64,000 bases of DNA from Camelus ferus (GCF_009834535.1 NC_045720.1:1364001-1428000); one strand, 5' to 3'; positions 1 to 14,025 are shown, counted from the first letter of the stretch. Made by a program: numbers and translations. Notes: a model not told the origin generated them from the letters alone.

Positions 1-300
1 CGCCCCGGCAGCCGGTCCGTCCGGTCCCCCGCGGCGCAGACGTCGCGGGACAGCCCGTCGAGGCTGAGCAGGGGTGCGGGAAGCGCTCCTCGGGGCCCGG
101 AGGCCCACAGGTGGCCAGACACGTTAGGGGCAGAGCATAGGGGCGGGGATGCGTCCGTGGGGGCCGAGGGGGCAGTACCAGGAACCCCGTCAGCAGCGTG
201 CGGTAGGGCAGCGAGGAGGCGGAGAAGGTGCCCTGACCCGGCCGCGCCTAGGGTCGGGCTGCTAGCCTTCCCGTGGGTGGGGGAGGGGTGGTGACGGGTC
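1..300. promoter_or_regulatory. CpG-rich segment at window edge, possibly the promoter/first intron of a gene lying left of the window (LY6E expected by synteny)
   Basis: Dense CpG and GC boxes; no coding exon recognised; neighbour identity is only inferred from human gene order. Confidence 0.3.
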
Positions 301-3300
301 GAGTGTCCGGAGGTTGGAGGAGGGGGCTTCTGGGCGGTGGAGCACAGTACCGTCCAGCAGCAGATCTGGGCCGCAGGAGCGGCGGCCTTGGCGGGCTCGG
401 GACCCTGCCTCCTCTGGGAGCAGGAAGGCCTTCAGTGTGGCTCCCCCGACCTGGGCCAAGATCCTCTGCCCAGGAGGACTCAAGAACTTCCTGGGTGCTC
501 CCCGGCCCTCCAGCCCAGTCTGCAGGCAGCGAGGTGGTCTCACAAAACCAGCCTGGCCTGACCGTTCCAGTGCGGGACCTAGAGGCTTCTGTTGGAGTGA
601 AGCTGGCCATCCTTAGGCAGTGAGTTTCCTGTGCTCCGTCTCCAGGTGCCCGTTAGTTGCCTTTCCTTCAACCAGTGTTCACAGAGCACCCACTGTGCAG
701 CCCTGGTCCTGCATCCTCCACCCCGGCTGTGAGCCAGACTCCAGCCGGTCAGGGTGGCCTGCAGCACCCTAGGCCCTGCTCCTGCTTCTGCTTCAGCCCT
801 CCCGCGCAGCCTGCGGGAGCTGGAGGTGCTAAGGCCTGCGGGTGGGCGCGGGCTGCCAGGCAGAGGGCTCTCCCTGTCCCTGTCACCTCCTCTTCCTGCA
901 GAGCCTTCTTGGCCCCTGATTGCTCTCTGGAGAGTCACACTTTTTTTCACAAATATTTCATGACACATTTCCTGTTGGAACTGTTTGTTGCACCTGATCT
1001 TTTCTTGAAGACTTTCTGGGTGACATTTGCGGTGGCAGTGGGGGAGGGCCCCTGAAGTGGTTTCTTAACCATACACGGGGGGGGGGGGGCGGCGACAGGG
1101 AGGGGCCGAGGCAGGATGGCAGGGTGGGAAGAGGGACCCCTATAAGAGGGTAGGGGTACACTAGGCACCCTGTGAGTGTGGGTGATTGTGTGATTGTCTG
1201 GTGAGCGCGTGTGTGGGTTCAGAGCTCTAGGGTCAGGGTCAGCTTCTCGTATGGTCCTCTGTTAACATCTAGATGACAGGAGAGAGGAATTGATCAACTT
1301 GGGGAGGCTTCGCAGGCTTTTTCCTTGGAGGATGAAGGTGGGGCTCTGTGTCATGAGATGTCCCAGCTCAGGTATGATGACATCCTCTGGTTTCATGGCT
1401 CTGGAGTGATGGCTGTCCCTCCACTGTCCCCAGGGACATGCAATAGACTGTGGCCTTTCTGGGTGTCACCTCTAGGGGTCAGGGACTGCGGCTGGTAGGG
1501 CTGCCTCACCTCCACACCTCCCCCTAAAACATAATATGCAAACCATGCTGGGAGGCTGGCTGGCTCCCTTGAGCTGGAAGCCTGCTCTCAACGTTCAGTC
1601 CAGCTGAACTTGTCTGAGAGGTGGGGCTTGTGGCCAGGTTAGCCTGCTGCACTCAGAAGGCCGCACCCTTGAACCCACGGCAGTCCCGGGAGGTGTGACG
1701 TCAGGGTCTATATCCAGGCGCCCTATCCAGGGGCTTGGCATAGCTGGGGTTACCAGCCAGAGGCGTTCCTGGGGACCAAAGTGATGCCAGGGGGCTTCCC
1801 TAATAGGCCCACCCACCCGTGGCAGGCCCACTCAGACTCCCTCCTTCAACTGCGGGCTCTGGGAACTGGCTTCTCATCCACCGGACGCCCACTCGAATGG
1901 CTAGGTGTGTGTCTGCCTGCTCTCAGGCCTAGTCATTCTGCGGATACCTCTGTTCCAGGCAGTTGAAAGAGATTCCTGTAACTAAGCCTCCCTAAGCTGG
2001 AAAGGCAGATCTGAACTCGCCAGGTATCATCTCGGGCCACCTGGGGCTTGCACACAATCCTTCCAGGGCAAACATGACGTAGGAACGCCAGTAGGGGAAA
2101 TCCGGTTACCTGGATCTCCCTGGCTGGATGCCATGTGGTGACAGTAGCCATTCAGAGTGTGCCTGGGGCAGGAGCCAGTCGTCACCACCCAGAGTTCTGT
2201 GGCCACTGTGAGTTGTCTTCTCTCTGAGGCATCTCAGACACCAGAAGGTGGGTAGGGGTTTCTGGGTGAAGTTGGCTCAGAACTGGAACTTTCCATCTCC
2301 TCTGAGCACAGAACCGCCCACCTCACAGGATCTCAGGGGACTGGGCAGGCAATGACCTGGAGCACAGGTACTCTGGCTTCATCCCAGGGGGGAACGGGAG
2401 GACCCACTGGATGCTCTGACCAAGATGGGCATCTCAGCCAACCACCCTGCTCCCTGCTCTTTTACTGATCTTCCCTGCCTTGAGGTTGGGTTTGGTTTGG
2501 CATGGCCCCTCAGTGTCCAGTGCTTTTAGTCTTTTCTCATCTGGGCCAGGTCCTGTCTTGAGCAAATGCCATCTAAGGACTTCTTGTCCCCAAGAATGAT
2601 CTTTCCCAGGCAGAATGCCATCTCCCTAGGCCATCCAGAAGGCGGCCAGCCCCTGGTGATCTGTCTGGACTTCTGGGTTCTGACATTTCAGGGTTCTGAC
2701 CAGGAGGAATTTTACATAAATCTGCTAGCATCCATGCACCTGGCTTTCTGGTGTGGTCACACCAGCACTGACCAGGCCCCTGCCCAAGCACACCCCTGGC
2801 GGGGCTGGGCAGGTTGGGAAGGCCACAGGCTCCATCCCCACTGTCAGAGGGCCCAGCTGGAGTGAGGCCCCTGCGGCAGGGGCACGTGGGGGCTCATGGG
2901 GAGCCCCTCCAAGTTCTGGTGCCTCTCCCAGCATTTCCCTGGTCTTCGGGGTCCATCTGTGCACCCCACCCCCCCCATGTTGCCTTCCACCCTCTTCATT
3001 AGCCGCTTGAAAAGCTCTAGGCTTCCCAAGTTTTTGGGGCTTTGCAAACTAACTGATTTCCAGGGCTGCTGCTTTCCCCTTGCCCCACCCTGTCCCAGCA
3101 CAGAATGCTTTTTGCTTTTCAGCACCAGTTGGCCTTGGGCAGCCCCTGTCCTGAGGATGGCCCAGTGGGTAGAGGTGGGTGCAGCGTGGCCCCTCACTGG
3201 TCTGCTTGCTCCCGGGTCCCCACGCTATCCTGGCTGGTCCAGGAAACCCTGGAATGATCCCGCTCTGGCCCCTGAATCCCTATCCTCCCTTTAGAAGTCA

Positions 3301-3889
3301 GGAGCCTCCCTCCTGCTTGCCCCTCCCCTCTCCTGGCTGCCCGGAAGGAGGTCAAGGCACCCACTGGGCCTGTAGCGCCCTCTGGTGCCAGATGCTGGTG
3401 CCCACAACCCTGCAAGGATGACTTAGTGAGCCAGGGAGTGAAGTGGTGGCCGAGGACAGAGGACAGAGACCCAGATCCTCCAGCATGGAGATCGAGTGGT
3501 GTCTGTGCTGGTGACCCAGCCCTCCCACCCTCAGTCACATACTTACTCCTCAAGGGTTTGTTCTGGCAGCCCCTCTCTGGACCCAGAATGATGGAAGACC
3601 TGTACAGGCATCAGGTGAAGGAAGCTTTCCATCTTCATAGGTGCCATGGGAGTGGGAAAGCCCGGTGGGAGAGTAGGGGGAGGGAAGCTCCCTGGGCAGA
3701 GGTGGAGGGTGGCAGGTCCCCTCGCCTCCCCCAGGGTGTGTGTAAATCTCTATCCCAGCTGAACCCCTACTCATGCTTCCTGGGGAACTTTCTCCTGGCA
3801 GAGACTTCTGAGGTTTGGGTGACGCGCACTTTGAATTCTGGCCATTCACGTTGGCTGCTGGCTGGCCCCTGCTGCTGTCCCAGGTCTGG

Positions 3890-4375
3890 ACAAGGAGCCG
3901 GCGTGGCCCCGCCCGGGCGAGGCAGCATTGTTCGAGCTCGGAGGCTGGAGCCGCCGCCCTCTCATCTGCAGAGGGTCGGGGCTGAATGGCGCCGAGTGGA
4001 AATAGCGGCTGGGGGTACAGATGGGGTGGGCCATTGTCGCTCTCTGGCATCCTGGTTTCAGCCTACGAGGGAGGGGCATCCATCCGCGCCGGGTGTCAGC
4101 GTTATCTGCCTGTGCACAGTGCTCAGGCTCGGCCGGCGATTGCAGCCCGGCCCGCGGCGGCGCCTCTGGAGGCGGAACGCGTCCCTGTCCCCGGTGCTCG
4201 CTGGGGCCGGGCTGGCACGCGGCCGAGCGCACAGGTCTGGGCGCCACCCGCCGCCCCCGCCGCCTTCACCGGGTCCGGCTCCTTCAGTTTCCGTCCCCGC
4301 CCCTCCGCCTCCTCGCTCGCCCTCCCGTGGCTGGAGTCTGGAGTGCATCCTGCGCTGGCTCCGAGGCCGCGGTGA
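3890..4375 (+). promoter_or_regulatory. CpG island ending in a strong splice donor (candidate non-coding first exon)
   Basis: High CpG density; GCCGCG/GTGAGT donor with GT at 4372-4373; no downstream coding exon found. Confidence 0.4.
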
Positions 4376-5499
4376 GTCCAACTGCACTCCATTCTCTTTT
4401 CTCCTGGACATTCGGTGGATTCACTTCCGTGGTCCCAGGGACAGGCCGGCTTCATCCCTTCCCTGCCGCTGCTTTTATCTCAGAGGCCTCCAGGCCATCC
4501 CTGCCCTGCGCACTGGTCAGGCCCCCTGTGGGTCCCCCCAGCTTGAGTCTTGCGGCTCCACTCTCACAAGCATATCTACTTTAAGCTCCATGAGGGGCCC
4601 TGGCGGCGGGAAGAGCCCCCCCTCCACCACCACCACCACGGGGAAGCACTGCTGTCCTGCTGAGGAGCGGCCCTGAATGTCCAGGGTGGGGCTGGCGCCA
4701 GGACCTGGGGGCTTTCCCTGCAACTCTGCTGGCGGGCACCATGGTCCGGGCTCTGAGCTCCTCCAATAGAGCAGCCGACCTGGCCCTGTGCCACCCGAGA
4801 GGCAGCTGTCAGCCACCTGTGGCCACTGGAGGCTGGACGTGCTTCTCACACAGACGACTGCTTCACCAGCCTGGCTCCAGACCCAGACATCAGCACAGTT
4901 CCCAAAAGTCTCAACCTGGCCAGTGGGTCGCTCATCAGAGGAGGCTCCCTTTGGGCTGAGGTGGCCCTGCTCAAGCCCCTGTCCGCGCCCTGTCACTGTC
5001 CCAGCTGGCTCTTTAGGGGAGATCCAAACATGAGCCTCTGCGGCTGCCACACTGAGCCAGCGAAAGGGACGGGCAGCGGGATTCAGAGACTCTTCTCTTG
5101 TCTCTTGCTGCCATGCCGAGACCTTTTGCAGGCCAGCTTATTGTAAAACTTCTACTGGAAAATGCAGAAATGCCACCCCTCAGCATCCCACCTGGGAAAG
5201 GAGAAAGTCTCCTCCTCATTCGAACTGCCCCTCTGCAACAGTGGCCAGGGAGGCGGCGGAGGTCGGAGGGCTCTGCCGCAGATCCTCTTGTTCTGGGTGG
5301 GCGGGGGGTTCTCCTCCCCTACCAGTTCCCCGGCCCCCTGACCTGCTTCACTGGGGCCAAAGGAGCAACCATCTTGGCGTCCTCACCTTTCCTCTGCTGT
5401 CCTGGCTAGGCCAGGGCCAAGGTGGGGCTGCACTCTGGGGAGAGGGAAACCGGAGGGCCCCCCAACCGTGCTCTGGAGGGATGCCCAACCATGCAACTC

Positions 5500-5670
5500 C
5501 CCTGAGCACACAGCCGCACACGTGCCACCACCAGCACTGTGCACGTGACAGCAACAGCAAACAGAACGCACGTGCACACACACCACCAGGCCACATACGC
5601 ACAAGCGCATGCCCACAGGACACGTACACACATCGCATCAGGCGCGCGCGCACACGCACACGTGCCCAGA
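5500..5670. repeat. Degenerate alternating purine-pyrimidine (CA/CG) low-complexity tract
   Basis: gcacgtgcacacacac...gcgcgcgcgcacacgcacacg. Confidence 0.6.
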
Positions 5671-6399
5671 CAGGTGGGGCAAAGCCAAATGAGTGGCACC
5701 TGCTGAGAACGGGGCTAGTTACGATGAACTGGGGTCTTAGAAGGAGGTGGAGTGAAAGCCTAGAAGGCACGTCATGAGTAGCCAGGGCCTCTGGAGGGGG
5801 ATGTCCCAGGGTGAGGAGACAAGGGGACAGGACGGAGGTGCAGTGACGTCCGGTGCTGAACTGGGCTCTGGACTCAAGACAGGACCATGTGTGGATCCCC
5901 GAGGGCCTGGCGCTGGGTCTGGGCTCCTAGTTTTGGCTGCAGGGCTACGGTTATGTAAGAAGTCAACACTTGGGGAAACTGAAGGACGGGTCTCTAGAAA
6001 ACTCTGGATTATTTTTGAAACTTCTTTGTCAGTGTGAACTGATTTAAAAATCAAAAGCTAAAAATGTTTTGAGAGCAGCAGGGAGTGGGCTTGTCGGGAG
6101 CTGTGTGACTTGGGGATTTTCCTTGGAGGCCCGGCGGGGGAGCCAAGGCCTGCTGGTCGGAGGATGAAGGATGAAGGCTGTCGGGACGGGGCTGGGGCAT
6201 CCCGGAGAGAACATTTCAGGGGGGTCAGAACTCAGGCCGAGAATGGAAAACTTAGAGGTTTTAAGAAGACATGGAAGAATGTCTATTCATGTGTTAACAG
6301 AAGACGTTTTTAAATAATGTATTTAAGAAAATGAACGGTGAAAAAGATTTACCTGATACCATGCTGCGACAGCCAAAAAGAAAAGACAGACTGAAAGAA

Positions 6400-8450
6400 G
6401 ATACTTTCAAATAATTAGTATCCACTCGTCCGTATGTATTACAGACTACAGATTCACAAGGTAAAGAAAGTTCTTTTACAACTTATTATTAAGAGCAGAC
6501 CAATAGTCCAAAAAAGTAATTTTCTCAACAGAGAGAAAACTAAACTCTAGTTTGGCATTAGTGTACTATTGCCACTAAAGTTCATTTTTAAGATGTTATA
6601 AATAAACTCATCCAGCCTTAGCTACTTTTGACCATGTAGCAGAAGATCCCTTTTGTTCTATACCGAAAATTTTGTCTAGTATTGTCTCGTAACAGTCTGT
6701 TCAAATTCACTTCTAGTTAAAAGAAACCTTAAATCTCTTTCTGATTCCTTTCCTACAGACCTCCAGTGTCCGACCCTCACCCAGGTTTTGTCCCGCACTT
6801 CCCTCCGCAGTCTGCAGCCACCAGGCGTTTCGCTGCAGGACGGGTCATTTGCCTTCTCTCACTTTCCTGTGTGCTTTTCCTTAGCACAGTGCATCCTGCT
6901 GGCTGTGTGCATGTTGTACACAGAATTGTTTCCTTTAGCTTTATTGTTTCTGGTCATTTCATTTATATATACTGATCATAATTTTTAACCTGGTAATTTT
7001 TATTTTACAGAAAAAGCCAGGGAGTAGTCAGCTGTGAGTGGTCTGTCTTCACCGCCATTCTGTAGCAGGCTCACACGTTTTATGGATATACCATCTCACA
7101 GTTTTTATCAGTCTATGCTTCCTCATAGCACAATTTTTCAGTGAAGCAAAAAAATGCTTATTAACAGAATAAAATATATTTAGATCTCCTGTAATATTTA
7201 AAAATAAGGAGCCAAAGTATAGAAAGTAAACTTATGCTTAGTCATTCATGTTTGAGTAGTTTCTTACCTAGAAATGATCTGGATATTTAATGATTATCTA
7301 TCACTTAATTTAGCATAAATCTTAAATTACAAAGTGCCAAAACGATTTTGGAAACTTTTAAAGACATACTATCAAACATAACTGTTGAAAAGTCCATTCA
7401 TAAAACTTTTATTTCATTTACATCAACTTAATACAAATATGATTGGATTAGTCAAGAAAATTTCATAAGATGTTGAACTAAGCTAGCTGTCATCTCAAGT
7501 TATCTTTCTGTTAGCTGTTTTTATAGCATGTTAGGCAAGTACAAAAAATCACAAAAGCAGAAAAAATTTAATGTAAAATGCATGGATATTTTGTTTGTTT
7601 TTCATGCAGTCCAATTTTAGTGCATTGTCACCTGTACATTTGTCCTTAGGCTAAATTTATATTTTTATAATCTTAAACATCTAGTAGCTATAACATTAGC
7701 TTATTTCACTAGTAAATCCAAATAGAATAAAAATGTATACTCATGTTATACTTAATGCTGATAATTCAGAAGACAGAGCTGTTTTTATTAAACCAACAAT
7801 ATTAAACTGGTTGTTATTTACCAAAGATTTACCCGTATCACATGAACTTGAACAGTATTTGGGTTAGTTTCTGTATTTGTGAGAGATTTAGGAATATTTC
7901 ATTTATGGAAGTACTTATTTATGTCTAAGTCCATTAGAATAGAATGAGCTTTATGGGACTGATAAATTAGTTTGATAATATCACCTCGAGGTGGGAAAAT
8001 ATCGAATGTAGATCGCATAGTACATACACATACAGAAGCGTGCAGGAAGACACAAGTGGAGACTTAGCCGCGAGTCAGGCATCAACAGTGATGCAGACTG
8101 CACTCGCTTATAAAAAGACTTGGTTCTTGACTTTGCCCCACTTTCTATTTTTATCTGAATTGTGCTTCTGGTGGGTGAGGCAATTTGAGGCCACCTGCTC
8201 CATGTGAAGGTTAGAGCTTCCCCCCATTGCCGGGGAAGGGACTTTCACAATTTCCTTTTGCTGTGATGTGCAGTTCCTGTGGGGACTGTGGACTAAATTT
8301 TGATTGAGGTGCTGAGGGGATGCCATCTGTGTGTCCCCAAAGCGCATCTGAGGGAGAAAGCACTCAGTCTGTTTCCATTTAGCCTCCTCAACCTCAAGGG
8401 GCTGCTTTTAGGGTCCCTGGTCCCTGGAGAGCCCCCAGTGGAGGCAGGCA
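6400..8450. mobile_element. Probable ERV1 (MER4-group-like) internal relic
   Basis: AT-rich island in a GC-rich locus, resembling non-autonomous ERV1 internal sequence by eye; family not verified. Confidence 0.35.
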
Positions 8451-8701
8451 GCCTAAAATCTGAGTGAATATAGGGAGCTGAGGGCCAGAGTGGGAAGGGA
8501 AGGAGCCAACAGATGACCAGAGAGATGGAGGAGTTGGGGGCTTGAAGAGTCAAGGAGCCTGGAGGGAAGATTGGAAGTGGTAAAAAGGAAGGTGGAATGG
8601 AGGTGATGGCCAGAGCAAAGGCTTAGATCAGCCAGTTTGGGAGATCTCAAGTTTCCCAAAGAAGCCATTGAAGTTCCAAACTATCCTTAGTGAAATCAGA
8701 G

Positions 8702-8704
<3 letters not shown>

Positions 8705-8743
<39 letters not shown>

Positions 8744-8785
8744 AAGAAAGAAAGAAAAAGAAAGAAAAAGAAAGAAAAGAAAAAT
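8705..8785 (+). repeat. Poly(A) run followed by (GAAA/GAAAA)n
   Basis: Direct reading. Confidence 0.95.
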
Positions 8786-8850
8786 GGGGGGAAGGGTGTA
8801 GCTCAATGGTAGAGCATGATTAGCAAGCACAAAGTTCTGGGTTTGATCCC
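8786..8850 (+). mobile_element. tRNA-derived SINE head (vic-1-like), cut by assembly gap
   Basis: GGGTGTAGCTCAATGGTAGAGCATG...GGGTTTGATCCC A/B boxes; homologous to SINEs at 48.7 and 59.6 kb. Confidence 0.8.
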
Positions 8851-9080
8851 NNNNNNNNNNNNNNNNNNNNNNNNNNNNNNNNNNNNNNNNNNNNNNNNNN
8901 NNNNNNNNNNNNNNNNNNNNNNNNNNNNNNNNNNNNNNNNNNNNNNNNNNNNNNNNNNNNNNNNNNNNNNNNNNNNNNNNNNNNNNNNNNNNNNNNNNNN
9001 NNNNNNNNNNNNNNNNNNNNNNNNNNNNNNNNNNNNNNNNNNNNNNNNNNNNNNNNNNNNNNNNNNNNNNNNNNNNNNNN
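8851..9080. other. Assembly gap (230 N)
   Basis: N run. Confidence 1.
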
Positions 9081-9330
9081 AATGAAGGATTTCCCAACCA
9101 GGAGGGAAGTGGGCAGAACTGGCACCACAGTGGCTAAGCACACAGCCTGTGGAAGTCCTCAGAGGAAGCTGAGAATTTCCCATGAGAAGAGATGTGTGAA
9201 AGTCACAGCAGCAAGAAGGAGGGCACCCGACAGGGGGTCTGCGGAGGAAGTGTGCCCTAAACAGCAAAAAGCCGAATCCCGCCCCAGTTAGACCCGGTGA
9301 GGGCTCCCCACGTTCTGGACCCGTGGTGCC

Positions 9331-9732
9331 TGCTATGGACTAAATTGTGTCCCTGATTCATATGTTGAAACTCTCACCTTCAGTACCTCATACAGTGACT
9401 TTTTGGAGAGAGGATATTTAAAGATGTAACTAAGGTGAATGAGGCCACATGGATGGGTCCTAGTCTAATGGGACTGATGCTTTCCTAAGAAGAGGGAATT
9501 AGGACTGAAAGAGAGACTCTGGGTTGCTTGTGCCCAGAGGGAGGGCCGTGTGAAGGGGTAACAGGACTGTGGCGTCGACCAGTCAAGAAGGAGCCTCAGG
9601 GGAAAATGCCCCTGCCAACCCTTTGATCCTGGACTTCCAGCCTCCAGGACTGTGGGAAAAATAAGTTTTTGTTATTTAAGCCACTCAGCCTGCGTGTGGT
9701 GTTTTGTCACAGTGGCTCTAGAAAACTAATAG
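9331..9732 (+). mobile_element. MaLR solo LTR (MLT1 family)
   Basis: TGCTATGGACTAAATTGTGTCCC start, ggacttccagcctccaggactgtg and tttaagccactcag...aactaata end motifs. Confidence 0.85.
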
Positions 9733-12059
9733 AGGACCTTTCCAAAAAACTTGGGGCTCTAAGCCCGCTTGGAGGGAAAACGCGGAGGCCCCAGAACGCG
9801 TCCCCACGTGCTTCCGCAGAGCGCCGTCGGGGGGCCGGCTGTCCGCGCATGTGGGCGCACTGCTGGGGCCGCCGCCAGCCACGCCAGGAGCGAGGTGCAC
9901 GCGGGGGTCAGGCTCCAACGATGAGTCAGAGCCTTTCGAGTCACGGCCCCAGACCGGTAAAACAGCAGCATCTGACAGTTGTTTCGCTGGTAGGGAGGAC
10001 TTCATTCAAGACTATGGCAACAGGGACCAAGACGACTGCCAGTGTGGGGAGAGACCGACCTCAGCTCCTGACACAGGGCAGACAGCTGGACATTTATATC
10101 CAACAAGCAGAGCGAGGGCTTAGTGGATGGACGATTACAGAGCAGAGACATCAAGGCTGGGGGTTCTTGCTGATGGCAGGCCAAAGGCTTGGACATTGAG
10201 GGTTGGGGGAGGGGAGCTTGATCAGGTATCAAGGGTGGGCAGAGTCTCACTAGACTGCCGTGCCAGGGTCCTCTGCTAAAATGAGGTGATGCAAGCTGAC
10301 GGCAGCAGTGGGGCCGACGTGGAGGCCCAGCTGAGAAGGGAGCTCAGAGGAGTCTGCTTGGGTTTGGTCGAAGGGGACACCTTTCTCAGGTGTAACCTGA
10401 AAATATGCGGAAAGAAGCTGGCATATTACCAGAGTCCAGCTCAGTGACCAACAGTCAGTCCAGCCCGTCACGATACTGTGTGAAAACGCCTCCCGTGGCT
10501 CGGTCGCCCGGGTTCGCAGGCTCCCACTCGACCTGGCCAGGCTTCTAGGGCACAGGTGGTCTGAGCAAGGCGCACCGCACTGCCCGGGCATCTGGTCCCC
10601 TGGAGCTGACAGACGGCATTACAGGGCAGACCCCTCTCAGGCATGAGTGTCTCACTGCATTTCCTTCACTGCATTAATTCCTTTCCCCTCAGCTGTTATT
10701 TCTCCATTTATATCCAAAGTTTTCCAGCGTTGGAAGGGACAATAGGTTTGGCCCTTGTGCTGGTCTAACCTGCAGGCAGCCGTTCCAGTCCGTGGGCCCG
10801 CCCCTCTGTCCACTGCGCTCCACGTCGGGCAGGGGGTCGCGGGTGCAGGGCGAGTGGGCTGCCACTGCCGCTGGGCAGCTCAGCTGCGCTCACCGTGAGT
10901 CCCAGTTCTGCCAGGTGCAGGGCAGGCATAGCCTGCCCCATCATGCCCATAGGAACTCTGACAGCAAGGGTTAAAAATGGAGTTCGTTTCTTGCTTAGGA
11001 ACTGCTTCGGGAAAAGACAGGTGAGGTGATGTGGGGAAAGAAGCTGAGTTGTCACACCAGCCTCCCCTCTCCTTGGCCAGACTGAGGCTCAAAATGCACA
11101 AAGGAAGGCCAAGGAAACCTGGTCATGGTGCCAGGAAACTGGGACTTGAGACCAATCCTTTGCCCCCCAAATTTGGGGCCCCTCAAGACAGAGAAGCGGG
11201 TCCCCGTTCAAGCTGGGTCATTTTCCTGATTACTGTGGGATTCAAAGTCGCAGCTTCACAAACCAGGCAAGAACGACTGAGTCACTGGGGTCCCTCCCTC
11301 CCAGCACTCTCTGGCTGACTGCCCAGGCCAATGGAAAATTGAGAAACCCTATAATGAGAGGGCCACTCAGGACTCTGAAACTGCAGGAATGAGGCTGAGG
11401 TGCTGGCTGGCAGTGAGGGGAACATGGAAAGAGAAGAGGGACTCTGGTTATCAACCATGTCCTGGATCAGCTACAGAGATGGGGGCTGGGGAAGCCCCCC
11501 CGCCAAGTTCACGTTGCTTCTTTCCCTTCTATCTTGTGTGCAGCACTAGCGTGGCAGGATGTCTGTGGCAGATGATGAGACCTGGGTCCCCAGTGCCTAC
11601 TGGTGCTCCAGACTCACGATCTCCTCCCTCCATGCTGCTGCCAGCCCCGGAGTTGGCATCTGGACACCTTGATAAGCATTCTTGTCTTCTGGCCTCCCTC
11701 TGGGCTCAGCTCAAGGGAAACAGCTGACAGCAGGTTGGAGCGGGGAGGTTCTCACTGCCACCCTACTGCTGCACTTTTGCTGAGCCAGTGCCCCTCCTGA
11801 AGGTTATGGGTCGACCTGGTTGGGGATCTCCCTGTATTTGACCCTTAGTGCTTGGGGCTCCGGTGCATGTTGGCTGCTGGAGCTTCAGCGACCTGTGTAA
11901 GTTTCTTTTAAGCCTCCTGCATCGGCTCAGGGTGCCCAACTGTTTTCCGGCTGAAGCCACTTCCTCTACGAGCCTGGAAAGATGCCCCTTCTGCATCCTC
12001 ACAAACCCCTCAGAGCTCTTGCAATACCTGACATTCAGCTACAAGCGTATTCACTTACA

Positions 12060-12840
12060 AATAATTTCCAAAATATACAAATAGCTCATACACCTTAACG
12101 TCAAAAAAACAAACCCAATAAAAAAATGGGCAAAAGACCTAACAGACATCTCTCCAAAGAAGACAGACAGATGGCCAACAAACACCTGAAAAGATGCTCA
12201 ACATCCATAATTGTTAAGAGAAATGCAAATCAAAACCACAATGAGATCTCACCTCACACCAGTCAGAAAGGCCATCATTAAAAAGTCTACAAACTATAAA
12301 TGCTGGGGAGGGTGTGGAGAAGACAGAACCCTCCTATACTGCTGGTGGGAATGTAAACTGGTGCAGCCACTATGGAGGACACTATGAAGTTTCCTTAAAA
12401 AACTAAAAATAGACTTACTGTATGATCCATCAATCCCACTCCTGGGCATATACCCAGAGAAAAATATAATTAAAAAAGATACATNNNNNNNNNNNNNNNN
12501 NNNNNNNNNNNNNNNNNNNNNNNNNNNNNNNNNNNNNNNNNNNNNNNNNNNNNNNNNNNNNNNNNNNNNNNNNNNNNNNNNNNNNNNNNNNNNNNNNNNN
12601 NNNNNNNNNNNNNNNNNNNNNNNNNNNNNNNNNNNNNNNNNNNNNNNNNNNNNNNNNNNNNNNNNNNNNNNNNNNNNNNNNNNNNNNNNNNNNNAAGAAA
12701 AATACCATATGATATCACTTATATGTGGAATCTAAAAAAGGACACAAATGAACTTATCTACAAAACAGAAACAGACTCACAGGCATAGAGAACAAACTTA
12801 TAGTTAATGGGGGGTAAAGGGTGTGGGAAGGGATAAATTG
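12060..12840 (+). mobile_element. L1 ORF2 3' end/3'UTR fragment containing a gap
   Basis: aaaagatgctcaacatc...gaaatgcaaatcaaaaccacaatgag...caatcccactcctgggcatatacccagagaaaa. Confidence 0.9.
12485..12694. other. Assembly gap (210 N)
   Basis: N run. Confidence 1.
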
Positions 12841-12849
12841 GAAATTCAA

Positions 12850-14025
12850 AAACTGCACCTCTAAGGGAGTGATGGAAATGTCAGCTGTCCTGATTGTGGT
12901 AGTGGTCTCATTGGTGTGTACGTCTATCAAAATTCATCAAATTGTACATTTAAAATATGTGTAGTTTACTGTACACGAACCATACCACAATAAAGATGTT
13001 TTTTAAAAGAGTACAAAGCAGAAAACATTAATTGCAATGAAGAACCTTACTTCAAAGTCATAAAATTATAATTACTAGTTGTAGGAAGACTTAAAATTCT
13101 AAATTTGTATGAATCTGTTAAATGAACAGACAATAAATAAAGCAGAGGTCGAGACTAAAAAGGACAGCATGCCTCCTCTCCCTGTGAATAATCAGTAGAA
13201 CCAGCAGGTGGAAAATCAGACGGCGGGGGTTGGGACATGATTAACAAAAGAGTCTATGGCATTTTGTCACAGCAGCCTGAACCAACTGAGACAGTGTCAC
13301 TAGAGGTTTGAAACTTAGAGGATTTTACTAACAACTTTAATGCAAAAAAATCTGAAAAACTGAATGAGATAAATTACTCATCAAAAGCTAATAAAAACTA
13401 TTAGAAGAAAAAAACACAAATAACTCTGACTTTAAAAAAAAAAGTGTTTTACTTTGGAGTAATTACAGAATCACAGGAAGTTGCAAAGACAATGCGGAGA
13501 GGCCCCAGCCACCCTCGCCACCCTGTCCCCAGTGGTTACGTCTCCCACAACTATAGTCGGCGTCAGAGCCGGATGTGGGCACTGGCAGGAGCCGTTATGT
13601 AGTCCTGCACCACACGCGGGGGTTCCCGTTACCAGCACCCTAGTCAACACACAGATCGGTCTGTCGCCACGAAGGTCTCCCTCCCTCAGGCTGCCCCTCA
13701 ACAGCACCCGCACTCTCCTCCGCCACACCATCACCAAATCCTGCAGCTACTAAACCGCTCAGCATTTCCACAGTTGTGTTGTTTTGAGAACGTTTTTTCT
13801 GAGTGCTTTCTTGTCTCCTCACCTCTGGCTTTATTGAGCTAGACTTGATATACATCACTATGTTTGTTTAAGATGTACCGCATGACCTGACTTACACAGT
13901 GACATGATCACCACCGTAAGTTTAGTCAACATCCATCGTCTCATACAGATTTTTAAAAAAAGAAACACTGTCTTTTCTTGAAATGAGAACTCTTAGGACT
14001 CACTCTCTTAATAACTTTCAAATAC
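12850..14025. mobile_element. Nested old L1M fragments in both orientations
   Basis: L1 3' end motifs (aaaattcatcaaattgtacatttaaaatatgtg...aataaag; antisense gaactcttaggactcactctcttaataactttcaaatac). Confidence 0.7.

Noticed and set aside
615-665. ISRE-like motifs (gagtttcctgt, tagttgcctttcc)
   Set aside because: Imperfect matches that are common by chance; no gene start to anchor them
3426-4676. 416-aa ORF
   Set aside because: Runs through a CpG island where stops are rare; low-complexity product with no recognisable family
8696-9267. ORFs spanning N runs (also 12430-12718)
   Set aside because: Artefacts of assembly gaps
10250-12000. Possible ERV pol/env relic
   Set aside because: Only vague resemblance; no diagnostic RT, integrase or env motif could be read
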